A stretch of 64,000 nt of DNA, from NCBI RefSeq assembly GCF_001447785.1, contig NW_015165887.1, positions 31,373-95,372 on the forward strand, in the 5' to 3' direction. The first letter of the stretch is position 1. Each line of letters opens with the position of its first letter. Shown in pieces: positions 38,623 through 50,199 of this stretch. The DNA is from Gekko japonicus. Taxonomy: Eukaryota. The notes under the pieces are model-generated. The model ran no database searches. It was not told the DNA's origin and worked only from the letters and a program-made list of their open reading frames with translations. A program made the translations under genes and the position numbers.

Positions 38623-39657
38623 TTATTGATTTTCAGAAAACAGATTAGCAGTACAGAAATGTCGATGGAATATTTTTCCTATGAGGATATATCTAAGTGC
38701 TTTTTGAAACCATGGGTAGAAAAAGCCATATATTAATGGGTTACAGGTAGAGTTAAAGTAGCCAAACCATGTTAAAACATCAAATAATACTGCAGGGGTT
38801 GAAAAACCTATAAAAGGGTCAATTAAAATGACAAAGAAACATGGAAACCAACATAAAAGGAAAAACCCCATCACTATACTCAAAGTTTTGGCAGCTTTCC
38901 TATCTTTACTTGTGGAAAACTGGTTTTGTTTACCATTATGGGAACTTTTAGGCTCATTTTTCATGGCTTTCAAATGCTTTTTGGATACCTCGAAAATTTT
39001 TGCATAAATTCCAATCATTGCACAGCCAGGAATAAAGAAGCCAAATGAGAACAGAACTGTTCCCCACAGTTTATTAAACATAACTGGACAGGAACTAGAA
39101 CATGCAACTAAAGTTGCATAGCCTTCTATGCCAGAAGCATAGACTTCTGAGAAAACCACTCCAAAAGCAAAAATGGCTGGTGCCAGCCAGCAAAGGACTA
39201 TCAATTGCCTAATCACAGGGACAGTGATTTTGCATGAGTAATGCAGAGGATGACAGATGGCATAGAAACGATCAACAGCAATGGAGCATAAGTGGAAGAT
39301 AGAAACCAAACACAGCATCAGGTCAAAGCTGTAGTGGACTTTGCAGAAGGTGATCCCGAAGTACCAGCAGTTTTCCGCAGATCGGATCATGCTGTAGGGC
39401 ATTATGAAGAAACCCAGGAGGAAATCAGTTACTGCCATGGAGAGGGTAAGGAAGTTAGTTGGGGAGTGCAGCTGTTTGAAATAGGAAATGGAAATTATGA
39501 TGGCTAAATTCCCAAACACTGTGAAGATGATGATTCCGCTCATGGATATGTACATGACTCTTCGAACACCAGCTGATGTGAGGCTTTCAGGACAGGATCC
39601 ATTTCCAAATTGAGAGCAATCAATGACATCCTCAGAGGAGTTAAGGAAAGCCATCAT
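38623..39657 (-). CDS. TAAR2: Trace amine-associated receptor 2 (TAAR2/3 clade)
   Basis: 7TM ORF with ISYFKQLHSPTNF, ENCWYFGITFCKVHYSFDLML, DRFYAIC and NSTCNPLIYGFFYPWF. Start moved from 39681 to the ATG at 39657 because MILFLKFR overlaps a branch point/pyrimidine tract/AG acceptor (exon begins 39658). An upstream coding exon is not excluded. Confidence 0.82.
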   Translation of the reverse strand: MMAFLNSSEDVIDCSQFGNGSCPESLTSAGVRRVMYISMSGIIIFTVFGNLAIIISISYFKQLHSPTNFLTLSMAVTDFLLGFFIMPYSMIRSAENCWYFGITFCKVHYSFDLMLCLVSIFHLCSIAVDRFYAICHPLHYSCKITVPVIRQLIVLCWLAPAIFAFGVVFSEVYASGIEGYATLVACSSSCPVMFNKLWGTVLFSFGFFIPGCAMIGIYAKIFEVSKKHLKAMKNEPKSSHNGKQNQFSTSKDRKAAKTLSIVMGFFLLCWFPCFFVILIDPFIGFSTPAVLFDVLTWFGYFNSTCNPLIYGFFYPWFQKALRYILIGKIFHRHFCTANLFSENQ

Positions 39658-42600
39658 CCTGAATTTGAGAAAAAGAATCATTAGCTTTAGATGCAGCTTG
39701 TGTGTGTGTGTACTTTTTACATCTCTCCATCAACGGCAAGGCTGGAATTCTCATAAAATACATTTTATGTTTAGTCTGAAAACTATTCTCTGAAGAATGC
39801 TATGTGTCTGTAGAAACGTACTCTCTATTATTCTCATTTATTGATCATAAATATAAACATGGGGACAATTACTTACATGCAGCATTATTTAAAACAAAAG
39901 CCCCAAGTTCACGATCACACATCCCTATGGGGAGAAATGTGAAGGTTAGTTTTGGATCAGTGAGAGACCAACTAAGATGAAAACAAAGATTCAAAGGAAT
40001 GCTGATGCACGAATACCCATGCAGCCTGACCCTATGCTTATGTATTCAGAAGTTTGAAAAAGGGGAAAAGAACTTTATGGGTTTATGAAATAAACCATGA
40101 TGTGTTGTAAGAGCAAAAGAAACAAGAAGGTGGAGAACAGAGCACAAACTGAAAGCTAAAGAAAATGAAATGAAATGCAGTGTAATTTGTTAGAAGATAC
40201 AGCTGTATTATAGGTTGAGTCTCTGCAGCTACCCCTGTCCTGTCTGATGCTCCTTTAGAATAAGAGCAAGCCATTCCCATCCTTCTCCATCATTTTCTGC
40301 TTTCCAATAAGCTAGTCTGTTGTAGTGATCAGAATGTCAGGTTTCAACCAAGGACACATGGTTCCAGATTCCTACTTTCTATGGAGCTCTCCAGGTGACC
40401 TTGGGCCAGGCACTCTCTCTCCCAGGCTAAGATAGCTCACAGACTAAGTGACTGGGGTGGGTGGGTATATGAACCATCCCAACCTCCTCGGAAGAGTCTA
40501 TTAAATAAACTTACAAACCATATCCTTCCTGTTTGCATTATTGATCCAGCTCCAGAGGTCATAATGGGGCATGTTGTCTATCACTGCCCATTATCTGGAC
40601 TTCTGCTTTACTAGAGTGGCAACTGATGAGATTGGATCTGAAACATTTTGGGAAATAATTGACTCAGTCCTTCTAATTAAGCCATTTTAAAGCAACCCCT
40701 GCAATTCATTTTGTTAATCTGGCAAGTATGTTTTGAGGATCAGTCTATTAGGGCTTCAGTACAATGTACACTTACCTCAAAGGAGACAGTAAGCAGAGGC
40801 TGGTCCATAGAAAAATCCAGTAATAAAAGTCATGTTCTACCAGTAGTCAAAAGCTCTAATTTCTTTAATCACATACAGTAGCTTTTCAATGATATTGCAT
40901 AAATAGAATCTACTCACAACTCAGTATAGCCACACAGGAATCAAGTTCTGTTCTTTAGGTTCGTCTGCTTTCTTTAATGTCACCTATATCAAATGAAACT
41001 CTAGTTTATTCCGATTATGACATTAGTTTAATCTTGCTTTTCTAATTGTCAGATTTTAGAAATGAATAAACAGATTTCCAACCAAATGAAAGTTCGGAGG
41101 GGTGTGTATAACCAACATAGCTCCCCAACAGTCCACTGCATATTTCTAGATCTGCAGATCACATGTTCTATGAGTAAATGCTTCTCAGTGTTGCCAACCT
41201 CTAGGTGGTGGCTGGATATCTCCAGGAATTACAACTGACCTTCAGAGGACAGGGACTAGTTTATCTGGAGAAAATGGCTGCTTTGGAGCATGAACTGTAT
41301 GGCATTATAGCCCACTGCCATCGAACTCCTCCCCAACCCCAAATCTCTTGGAATTTTCCAACCCAGAGCTGGCAACCCTACTGCTCCCTCTCCCACCATT
41401 TAATAATAATATACTTTATTGTCATTGTACATAGTACAATGAAATTAAAGATGCAATCATTTTGGTGATCTACAACAATATTCATATACACTCACACACC
41501 ATTCACAACTGTCCCATAATTTGTAATAAGCAATGCTCACAGATTCCTCCCATTCCCCTCCCCACCTTGGCTTCAGCCATACTGAGCATCGTTTCACATG
41601 ACTACATAAGTCTGTGGCAGCCCCTTTCATTCTCATGTTGACTTCAGATTTCCTCAATCTTATTATGTGAAAGTACCCTCATTAATTCATCGAGGAGTCT
41701 CCTTCTGAGATGGGCATTTTTATGGTGGTATTTGAAAAACCAGGTCTGAGATAACTTTAGTCTTAGAATGTTCTGGTACATGTGCATAACTGGCTCAGCA
41801 GCACTGCCTCAGGTGAGCGGCTAGAAGCTCACATAGGCTAGGCTTTTTCCCAGGCTAGCATGGACTGAGATGATTGTGTGAAAGAAATAATACAATGCCC
41901 CACTTTCCTGTCAAATCTCAACTATATCATCCTGTTTCTGTACAATTCAGTATATCAAGAAAAGAAAAAAACAACTGAGTACAATCCATTTCCTGAGCAA
42001 GACCTACTGAGATGGGGGCATGAATAGAGAAGTAATATTATGAAGCAAAATGATCCTGTAGATTATATCCTTCAAAAATTTGCAGCAAAATATTGTTAAT
42101 TAGAATCCACTGAAATCTACCCCAAGAATTTTGCCAAGAAAGCAAAACCACATTTTCTACAATTTTGCTCTTCTTTCTTCTCCTACCTGCTGCTGCTGTT
42201 ACATAAAGTCATTTAAACTGTCATGTTGAATTAGATGCCAGACCCAATCATTCCTCCTGGTGCCCTTTTCTAAACTAAACTACGATATAAGGATGCTGTG
42301 TTTTTATGACAATGCAGCCAGGTCTCAAGAGAATTTCAAGCACAAGAAAAGGTTCAGATTAGATCTGGTTTGTTTGTTTTGTTTTTGCAACTACAATCAA
42401 GGAAAGAGGCTGACAGGATTTTGCCCTTAGTCCTTTTCACTGGTTACAGCTTTGGTACTCAAGCCGTGCTTAAGGGCCACTTGTTACTTGCCATCTTCCT
42501 GATAAGTACAGCCACCATTTCCACTTTCCACTTGTTACTTGCCATCTTCCTGATAAGTACAGCCACCATTTTGTGTGAATACAGCTATATGTGTAACTTT

Positions 42601-43019
42601 TAGCATCAGTACATGTGATTGGCATCCCAGATTTTTTGGATAGTACACGTTCACATAAACCGAAACTGTAAAAATATATGCATTGATCTATTCACACAAA
42701 ATGGTGGCCGTGTCAGGAGAATTGTGGGTAGTGCAGTCTCCCCTGTAACCAAAAAGGTCTTTTTTCTTTCTGTTTCATATTGCCTTGATAGTCCAAACTA
42801 GCCTGATCTCATCAGATCTCAGAAATTAATCAGAGGCAGGCAACGGCAAAACTAGCCTGATCTAATCAGATCTCAGAAACTAACCAGAGGCAGGCAATGG
42901 CAAATCATCTCTTGCCTTGAAAACCCTCTGGGGTAAGCATAAGTCAGCTGTGACTTGACAGGACACACACATTTCATATCACATCCCTGCCTCCAGCTCT
43001 ACCACTCTCCGCCATTAAA

Positions 43020-43592
43020 TTTATTTTATTCATTTATTTTTGGATTTATATCCTGCCCTCCCCAAAGGCTCAGGGCGGCTTACAACGAGGCATAAATGCC
43101 AAGGTTAAAACAGTAAAAACAGAGTAAAATGATACAATACAGCGCAATTCACTAAAATATCGGTGTTATATTTGGTGCTCCCCTACTCACTTCCAAATTT
43201 TAAAAACCAAGATGGTGTTCTCGATAGTATAGCTACACAACAACAGCAGTGCATATCCCCACTGCCCTGTCGTTCCCTAGAAACTTCCCGCTCCCTCCGA
43301 TGGTACCCGCACCAGCGGTGACAATGTGTGGGAATTATAGGGCGTTGATGGAACAGTGGGTGGCAGCGGCTCCTATTCAAACGCCTGGCGGAAGAGCTCC
43401 ATCTTACAGGCCCTGAGGAACTGCACAAGGTCCTGCAGAGCCCGGATCTCCCCTGGGAGCTTGTTCCACCAGGTAGGAGCCACCACCGAAAACGCCCTGG
43501 CCCTGGTAACAGCCAATTTAATATTCCTGAAGCCTGGAATTTCCAGGAGATTTTGACTCACCGACCGTAATGCCCTTGGGGGAACATGCAGG
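43020..43592 (-). mobile_element. L2-like LINE 3' fragment; related copy at about 21385-21610 (+)
   Basis: TRARAFSVVAPTWWNKLPGEIRALQDLVQFLRACKMELFRQAF and (AATA)n-type tail. Confidence 0.75.
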
Positions 43593-44429
43593 GAAACCCT
43601 TTGTTCCCTCTCTCTCCCATACTTTTTTGCTGCCCCTTATGCCTGGAACTGCCTCTCAGAATTTGTGTTTGATTGCCACCTCCCTACCTGTTCAAAACCC
43701 ATCTTTTCCCTACATGACTCCTCAGTTCCTGATCATGTGCACTTTGAATGAGCAAACAAACTTTCCACATTTACACCCACCCTACCTCTACCCCTTTATT
43801 GTCCTCCCATTATTTTAAACTTTAGTTTATAAATGGACCAAGGGCCTGTCTTCTTGTACACTGTAAAGCACCATGAACGTTGATGGTGAAAATGATAACA
43901 ATACTGATTTCTGCTTAATATCCTGATCTACTCAACTTATTGAACAGAGCAGCCAGCCCTGTCACAATGGTGGGAGAACTCCAGCTGGCAGCCTTAGCTG
44001 CCTGCTGCTGCTTCGTGGTGGTGGGAGAAAAATAAAACAAAGCCCAGAGACATCAGCTGCATTGCTGCATCACTTCTGGGGAAAACTTGGAGGTGACACA
44101 AGGTAGTTCTGGAATTGTTGGAAACTTTGGCCCTTTCTGCACTAGACCTTAAATCCTGGTTCAACCCTGTCCCCGAACTTACATTGTACACTACACTCGA
44201 GTTCACTCCTGTAATTATCTCAGGGTATTTTTTGTTTCTACATTACATTGAGGTCACCCCGGTTTCGCCCCACACTTGTCCTGGGATAAACTGATGCTGT
44301 TCCCTTTCTGCACTTGGATCTCATCCCTGGTTTTATTGGAGTTCAACTCGCGACACAATACCTTGCATTTATCCCTGGTTATAACAGCATCCATTTATTC
44401 CAGTCCAGCCCGAACTCTGGGACTCATGG

Positions 44430-46218
44430 ATGGACCAACTGACCTGCCACCTTGCCTACAATGAGGTAACCGTTCCTCAGTTCCTGTGGCATGAACACTG
44501 CTCAACTCGCAAAGAGTCTCCTGGCACCTAGGATGATCCTTGAATGTACCTACAAGGAAATCATCAACACCCGGACCAGATATCTCATGCCCTGTCCAAC
44601 AACACTCGCTAGACAGATCGAGTTCGAGGGCTACATTCAAAAGCCACTGCATATATGGCCGCCCTGCGTCAGCTTGCTATGGACTGTGCCTTCACCAAGG
44701 TGGAGGAAAACCTCCTGACAGAGTTCGCCTGGGGCATCAGTGATGTAAAGCTGCGCAGGAAAATGATTGGCACCACCAACATCAAGATCGATGAGGCCCT
44801 TCAATTTGCCATCACCCACGAGGCCTCCCACCATGACCAACCCTCGGCAGCTTCTCATCTGGTGCTTCCTGACTCGGCGCCTGAGAATGAGGAGGACGTC
44901 CGTCTCGTCCGCCAACCCACTTGCCGGAAGTCACCGGGACCTGCAGCTACAGGATATCCCGCAAAGGCCGCCAGCCGTTCTTCATGCACCAGCTGCAGTG
45001 AGCCTCATGAGCACAACTCATGCCAGTTCCGGGACGTGACTTGCCACACTTGCGGGAAACAGGGTCACCTCGCCCACATCTGCCAGTCCAAGCGAAACCG
45101 GCACCAGCAACCTGTATCCCAGCCCCGACACCAGGCCACTGCCACCTACAAGACCGCAGCGGAAACCTCTGAACTCTACCTCCTCACTGACTGGCCATCC
45201 CTCCAGGTATTATGACCCCGAATCTGTCTGCTACCCCAAAGATCCCAGTAATGGTCCTGTTCGAGGGGTCCCCCTGCCCTATGGAAGTGGACTCGGGGTT
45301 GGTGGCATCCATCATTTCGGTGGACACACTGCACAGACTTTGCCCTAACGGGGGACCCTGCTTACACCCCTCCCCTTTATGTTTGGTGGACTTCCAAAGG
45401 AACCCAGTTCCTATCTGGGGTGTGGGAACTTTCAGGGTGCAGTACCGGGGTTTTGAGGGACTGCTGGACTTGATTGTGGTGGAGGGAAATCTTGTCAGTC
45501 TGCTGGGGTGGGCCTGGTTTACGCTGTTGGGCATCACGATCAGGGGGGTTAATAAATGTGTAACAAGGGACTTTGCAGAGGTTTGCGGGGAGTTCCCTGC
45601 CATTTTTGATGGGGCTTTAGGGTTTCCTTTCAGCTTGACCCCAAGGTGGCCCCCATCCACATGCAATTCTGCACCACTCCGCTTGCATTCTGGCCCAAAA
45701 TTGATGCTGAGCTGGACCGCTTAGTGGCGCAAGGGGTCCTAGAGCCAGTCTCACACGCCATTTGGGAAACACCAATTGTAACCCCAGTTAAACCCAATGG
45801 CAACATCCGCATCTGTGTGGGCTACAACTGTACACTAAATAAGGCCCTGCACAACCACTCCTACCCAGTCCCAGTCGTAAATCATGTCCTGGCTTCTCTG
45901 GTGGGGTCTAAGATTTTCGGCAAATTAGATCTGGTGCAGGCCTATCAACAGTTGCCGGTTGACAAGGCCACGGCCACGGCACAAACGATAGTCACGCACA
46001 GGGAGGCTTTTAAGGTAAAAAGGCTACAGTTCGGCATAAGCGTAGCCCTGCGGATCTTCCAACAATTAATGGACTTCTTGTTAAAAGGGATCCCTGGAGT
46101 GATGCCATTTTTTGACGATGTCCTCATCACCACGGCGACCCCGGATGACTTCACCTCCCACCTCCGTGCCGTCCTGCAATGTTTCGACTTGGCGGGCCTC
46201 AAAATGAAAAGGGTGAAA
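44430..46218 (+). mobile_element. Ty3/Gypsy internal fragment (gag zinc knuckle, protease, reverse transcriptase), decayed and truncated
   Basis: CHTCGKQGHLAHIC CCHC knuckle, MEVDSG aspartic protease motif, RT motifs WETPIVTPVKPNGNIRIC, KLDLVQAYQQL and FFDDVLI. Frameshifted; no LTRs seen. Confidence 0.88.
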
Positions 46219-48261
46219 TGTCCGAGTCCTCCATGCGGTGAACCCAGTACTTTTCACCATGCATGCTTGCGCGATCAGACAGGGGAAAGTCTGTCCGTGG
46301 CCCGTCACAACCCATTTACTACCGGATTTTCTCTGGTGTCTTTTTACTCCACTTCTGCGGTGGAGCAGCACAGGTTGTTGATGACTGCTGGATGCTTCCC
46401 AGATGTTGCTGTCTGATTGCACCCTGTCAGGCATTTGCGCCTATGTCGGATCTACTGGCGCGTGTGATCGCAGCCCTAATCTAGCATAATGCTAGCATAA
46501 ACAAAAAACAAAACAAAAAAGACTATTTTGGTACATTACATTTGCTCAATTAATACTGACCTCAAAGTATAGAGTGGATATACAGTGAAAACAGTATTGG
46601 CATTGGCTGCCAAGTGGATTTGTTCGTTAGACAGCTGACATCTCCATTGACCTGCCTGTAAAGAACCACAGGAAATTCATTTATGGATCACCTAACACAT
46701 TGAATTTTCTCAAAAGGTAGCCACTGAGAGTCCCAGCTTCAATCAGAGATCTGAACCCTTCCCCTGGCACCATTTGTTCAGGAGAAACCAGTGGCCTTGA
46801 ACTACATAAAACCCCAGAAGGAAAAACAAAACAAACTAGACTGCTTATTTTAGGATTAAGGTTTAGTGTGGTATATCTGCATTCCCCTTGACCTGACTTT
46901 GACTCAGACAATCAGCTGCAAGGAAACTTGCTTCCAAGGCACTGACAGTGCTCTGATTAACTCAGGACCATAGTGCTGGGGGGGAGAAGGGAATTCAGTT
47001 TCACCATGTGATTTTCCCAACCCAAAATAATCTTGAGGGAGTGCTGTTTGTGCTGTTGCAGGGGCTGCATGTTAAGCTCATCTATACAGGTGCAGCAGCC
47101 CAATCGGGTAAGTAATATCCCTCCAGAAAAACCTGAGTGAGGAAAATGGCATGGGGAGGAAGGCTGGAGCCCCTTCTCACACTACATTCCCAGCTCATAG
47201 CTGCACAAGTGCTCTCACAGTTGATATGTGTGTGACTGAGTTAGTCTGGTTAGGCCAAGGGAACTCAAGCACAACATGTTAAAAATTGTAATGTGCAGTT
47301 TGGCAGTCAGTGCCATGATCCTGATACAAATCATCTCCCTCCCTGTGAAGACGTCAAGACTCCTGATCGTAGACTGTATTCCTGCACCCAGCCAAGGCCT
47401 ATGCAGTTTTAATAGAGATTCTGCCTGAGATCCTGGAGAGCCACTGCTAGTCTGAGTAAACAGCACTGACCTTGAGAGACCAGTTGTCTGACTCAGTGTA
47501 AAGCAGCTTCATGCTTTGGTATGTTCTCTGGATGTGAAAATCTGAATAATCTTCAAAAAATTCACAATAGCCTTCTAAAATGTGAACAGGTAGTGGTACC
47601 TATGGATAAATAAGTGCTAAGTATGGATGAATAGCGATAAATTAAATTAAACTATGGATTAAATATAACTAACAGGTGGTAGCAGTGGCCAGGAGTCCCT
47701 TTCACCAGCTTTGATATACTGGCCTGCAGGCTCTGAGTATCAGGTACCAGGGGTCAGGCAAGGCAGGATCATTCAATCCAAGGTCAGGGATCCAGAAGCC
47801 AGGCAAGGCAGAGTTGTTCAGTCCAAGGTCAGAGAATCAGACAAGGCAGAGTTGGTGTCATACGTGTTTTATCCATGCCTAACAGCCTCTCATGCTTGCA
47901 GCCAGATGATCAGAAGCAATCCTGCAACTACACATCTTTGTTATCAGCAAGCGGCTGGCATTAGGCCAGGAGGTGTGCACTTTGCCATCTTGTCTGCAGC
48001 TCTGTTCTCAGCCTTCATATGCAATGCTCTAAGGGTTTAGGTGATACTGGTGGGCTGGGAATGGCTGAGGTTCACCAGCTGAACCAGGGCTGGAGGGTGT
48101 TGGTGGCTCTTCACCAGATGTTGGTTGTGAATCCTGACAAGCCTGCAACTCATTTTCCTGCTGGTCAGCTTTTGTTGACTCAAGGTTGGCTCCTCTTCTC
48201 CTGAGAAATCCTCTTCTCCTAAGGAGTCCTCACTATTGCTGAGCCCTGGTTGAATCATGAC

Positions 48262-48845
48262 ATTTGGCTGGTAGACAAACTGTGGCCCTTCCTGGGCAGA
48301 AAAGATCTTGCCAGAGTGGTGTATGCCCTGGAAACATGTAGATTAGATCGCTGCAATGCACTCTGTGTAGGGCTGCCCTTGAAGACTGTCCAGAAACTAC
48401 AGGTGGTACAGAATGCTGCAGCCTGAGTGGGTTGAAGGCCTGGGACCAACATACCTTAAGGACGGCCTCCTCCCGTATAAACCTACCTGTACACTCCAGT
48501 CATCTTCAGAGGCCCTGCGTTGGTTGTCTCTACCATTTGAGGCTAGATGGGTAGCAATCCAAGAGAAGGCCTTCTCAGTCATAGCACCAAAGCTTTGGAA
48601 TCCCATTCCCAGGGATATTTGTCTATCTCCCTCTATAGTTGTCTTCACCTAGCAGGTGAAGACTCTTTTGTTTCATCTGGCAAACCCACAGTAACAGTTA
48701 CTGACTGTCCTTCTAGTTTTCTTTGTTTATGCATTTTAATGGAATTATTTTATCATTTTAGCTGTATTTTTATTTTTTTTATGTTCACTGCCTTGTGGAA
48801 CTTGATTGGGTGGAAAGGCAACATTAAAATGTTTTTAATTAATTA
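48262..48845 (+). mobile_element. Old L2 LINE 3' fragment
   Basis: RLDRCNALCVGLPLKTVQKLQVVQNAAA and AFSVIAPKLWN. Confidence 0.7.
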
Positions 48846-49039
48846 ATTTAATTAAACATTTTAATCTAACAAAGATTTCTAGTAAGATAATAATGCAGTT
48901 GGGATGAGAACATGAGAAAGAAAAGGGGGAGGGAAATGGAACACATGTAAAAATGTATACAAAGTCTTATTTTACTCCAGAGTAGGGATGGTGTTTGTAT
49001 TATCAATAAGTAGTTGTACACCTCTCTGTGTGTGGTACC

Positions 49040-49830
49040 AAGGAATTACTTAATGCAAAAATCAATTTGTGATCGTGATGGTGAAGCCACCAGCAGAGTG
49101 AATGGCTGCGATGAAAGGGAGCAGAAAGGAGAGTGACCTACAGGAATGAGAAGATGATTACAACAAAATATAGAACATGACTGTGATCACCACAAATACA
49201 TCCTGAGGCTTCCACTAGTAATCCATTAAGCAAATGGTTCCATAGTGTCATTTTGTTTAAGATTTCAAGAAAGTTAAACTTATGAGATCATCACTGAAGT
49301 TCATTTACAAAACAAAGGAGAATGCAGGTATCATCTGGGACCTGTTTAATGAGATGGGCAATTAGATGTGTTGATAACAAATTTATGGCCAACAATGCTT
49401 TGAGACATACTTGTCTGCATTCTCATAGGTTAGCTTTAACCCATAATATGATCAGACAAGAAGCACAAAACATTTCTCTCATTCTTCTCCCATTTGCTAA
49501 AGCTGAGTTTAAATAGAACCAAGAGATCTCATTAACACATCTCTGTTGTATTTCTCTGTCTTAATGAGCAAGAGCCGCACAACAGAGCTAATTAGGTACT
49601 AATGAAGACAAACACACTGGACTTTTGCAAAACGTGATTCTCCCTTATGAGGCTATATATTTCGACAACAAAAGGCACAGATACTCTTTGGGAAATTTCA
49701 AACTTTAATCAGGCACTAGAGGAAGGACTATTTCTGAGTTATTTGGGCCACACAATTAAATGGTGTGTTAGCATCACACAATAGCACTAAGGGACACCAC
49801 ATCTCATTGTGAGCTATTAGGGAGGAATTT
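49040..49830. promoter_or_regulatory. Candidate olfactory TAAR cluster enhancer (homeodomain-site cluster)
   Basis: No repeat recognised. TAATGA/TCATTA at 49347, 49529, 49562 and 49600, TAATTA at 49589, CAATTA at 49359 and 49753. Lies between TAAR2 and TAAR1. Confidence 0.5.
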
Positions 49831-50199
49831 GAAAAAAATACAACCTAATAGATGGTTTAGAGAATAAAGAAGAATGAGTGGGAGAACATACAATAGAACA
49901 AATGATGACAGGATGGTTTATCAAAACTAGTTAGGGAAAAGAAAATTTAGGCAATTATAAATATAGAATGTGCTGGCAAGTCACAACTGACCTCAACCAT
50001 GGGGTCTTCAAGGCAAGAGATGAGCAGAGATGGTTTTCTGTTGCTGTCCTCCTTGTAGCAACCCTAGTCTTCCATCGTAATCTTCCAGCCAAGTACTGAG
50101 CATACCCAACATGCTTAGTTCCCAGACCCTGATGAACTCAGGCCAAATTGAGTTATTTGGGCTGCTTCAGGCAAGTCTACATTTATATAAATATACATG

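Noticed and set aside
39658-39681. MILFLKFR N-terminus for TAAR2
   Set aside because: Coincides with the branch point and pyrimidine tract, so it is probably intronic.
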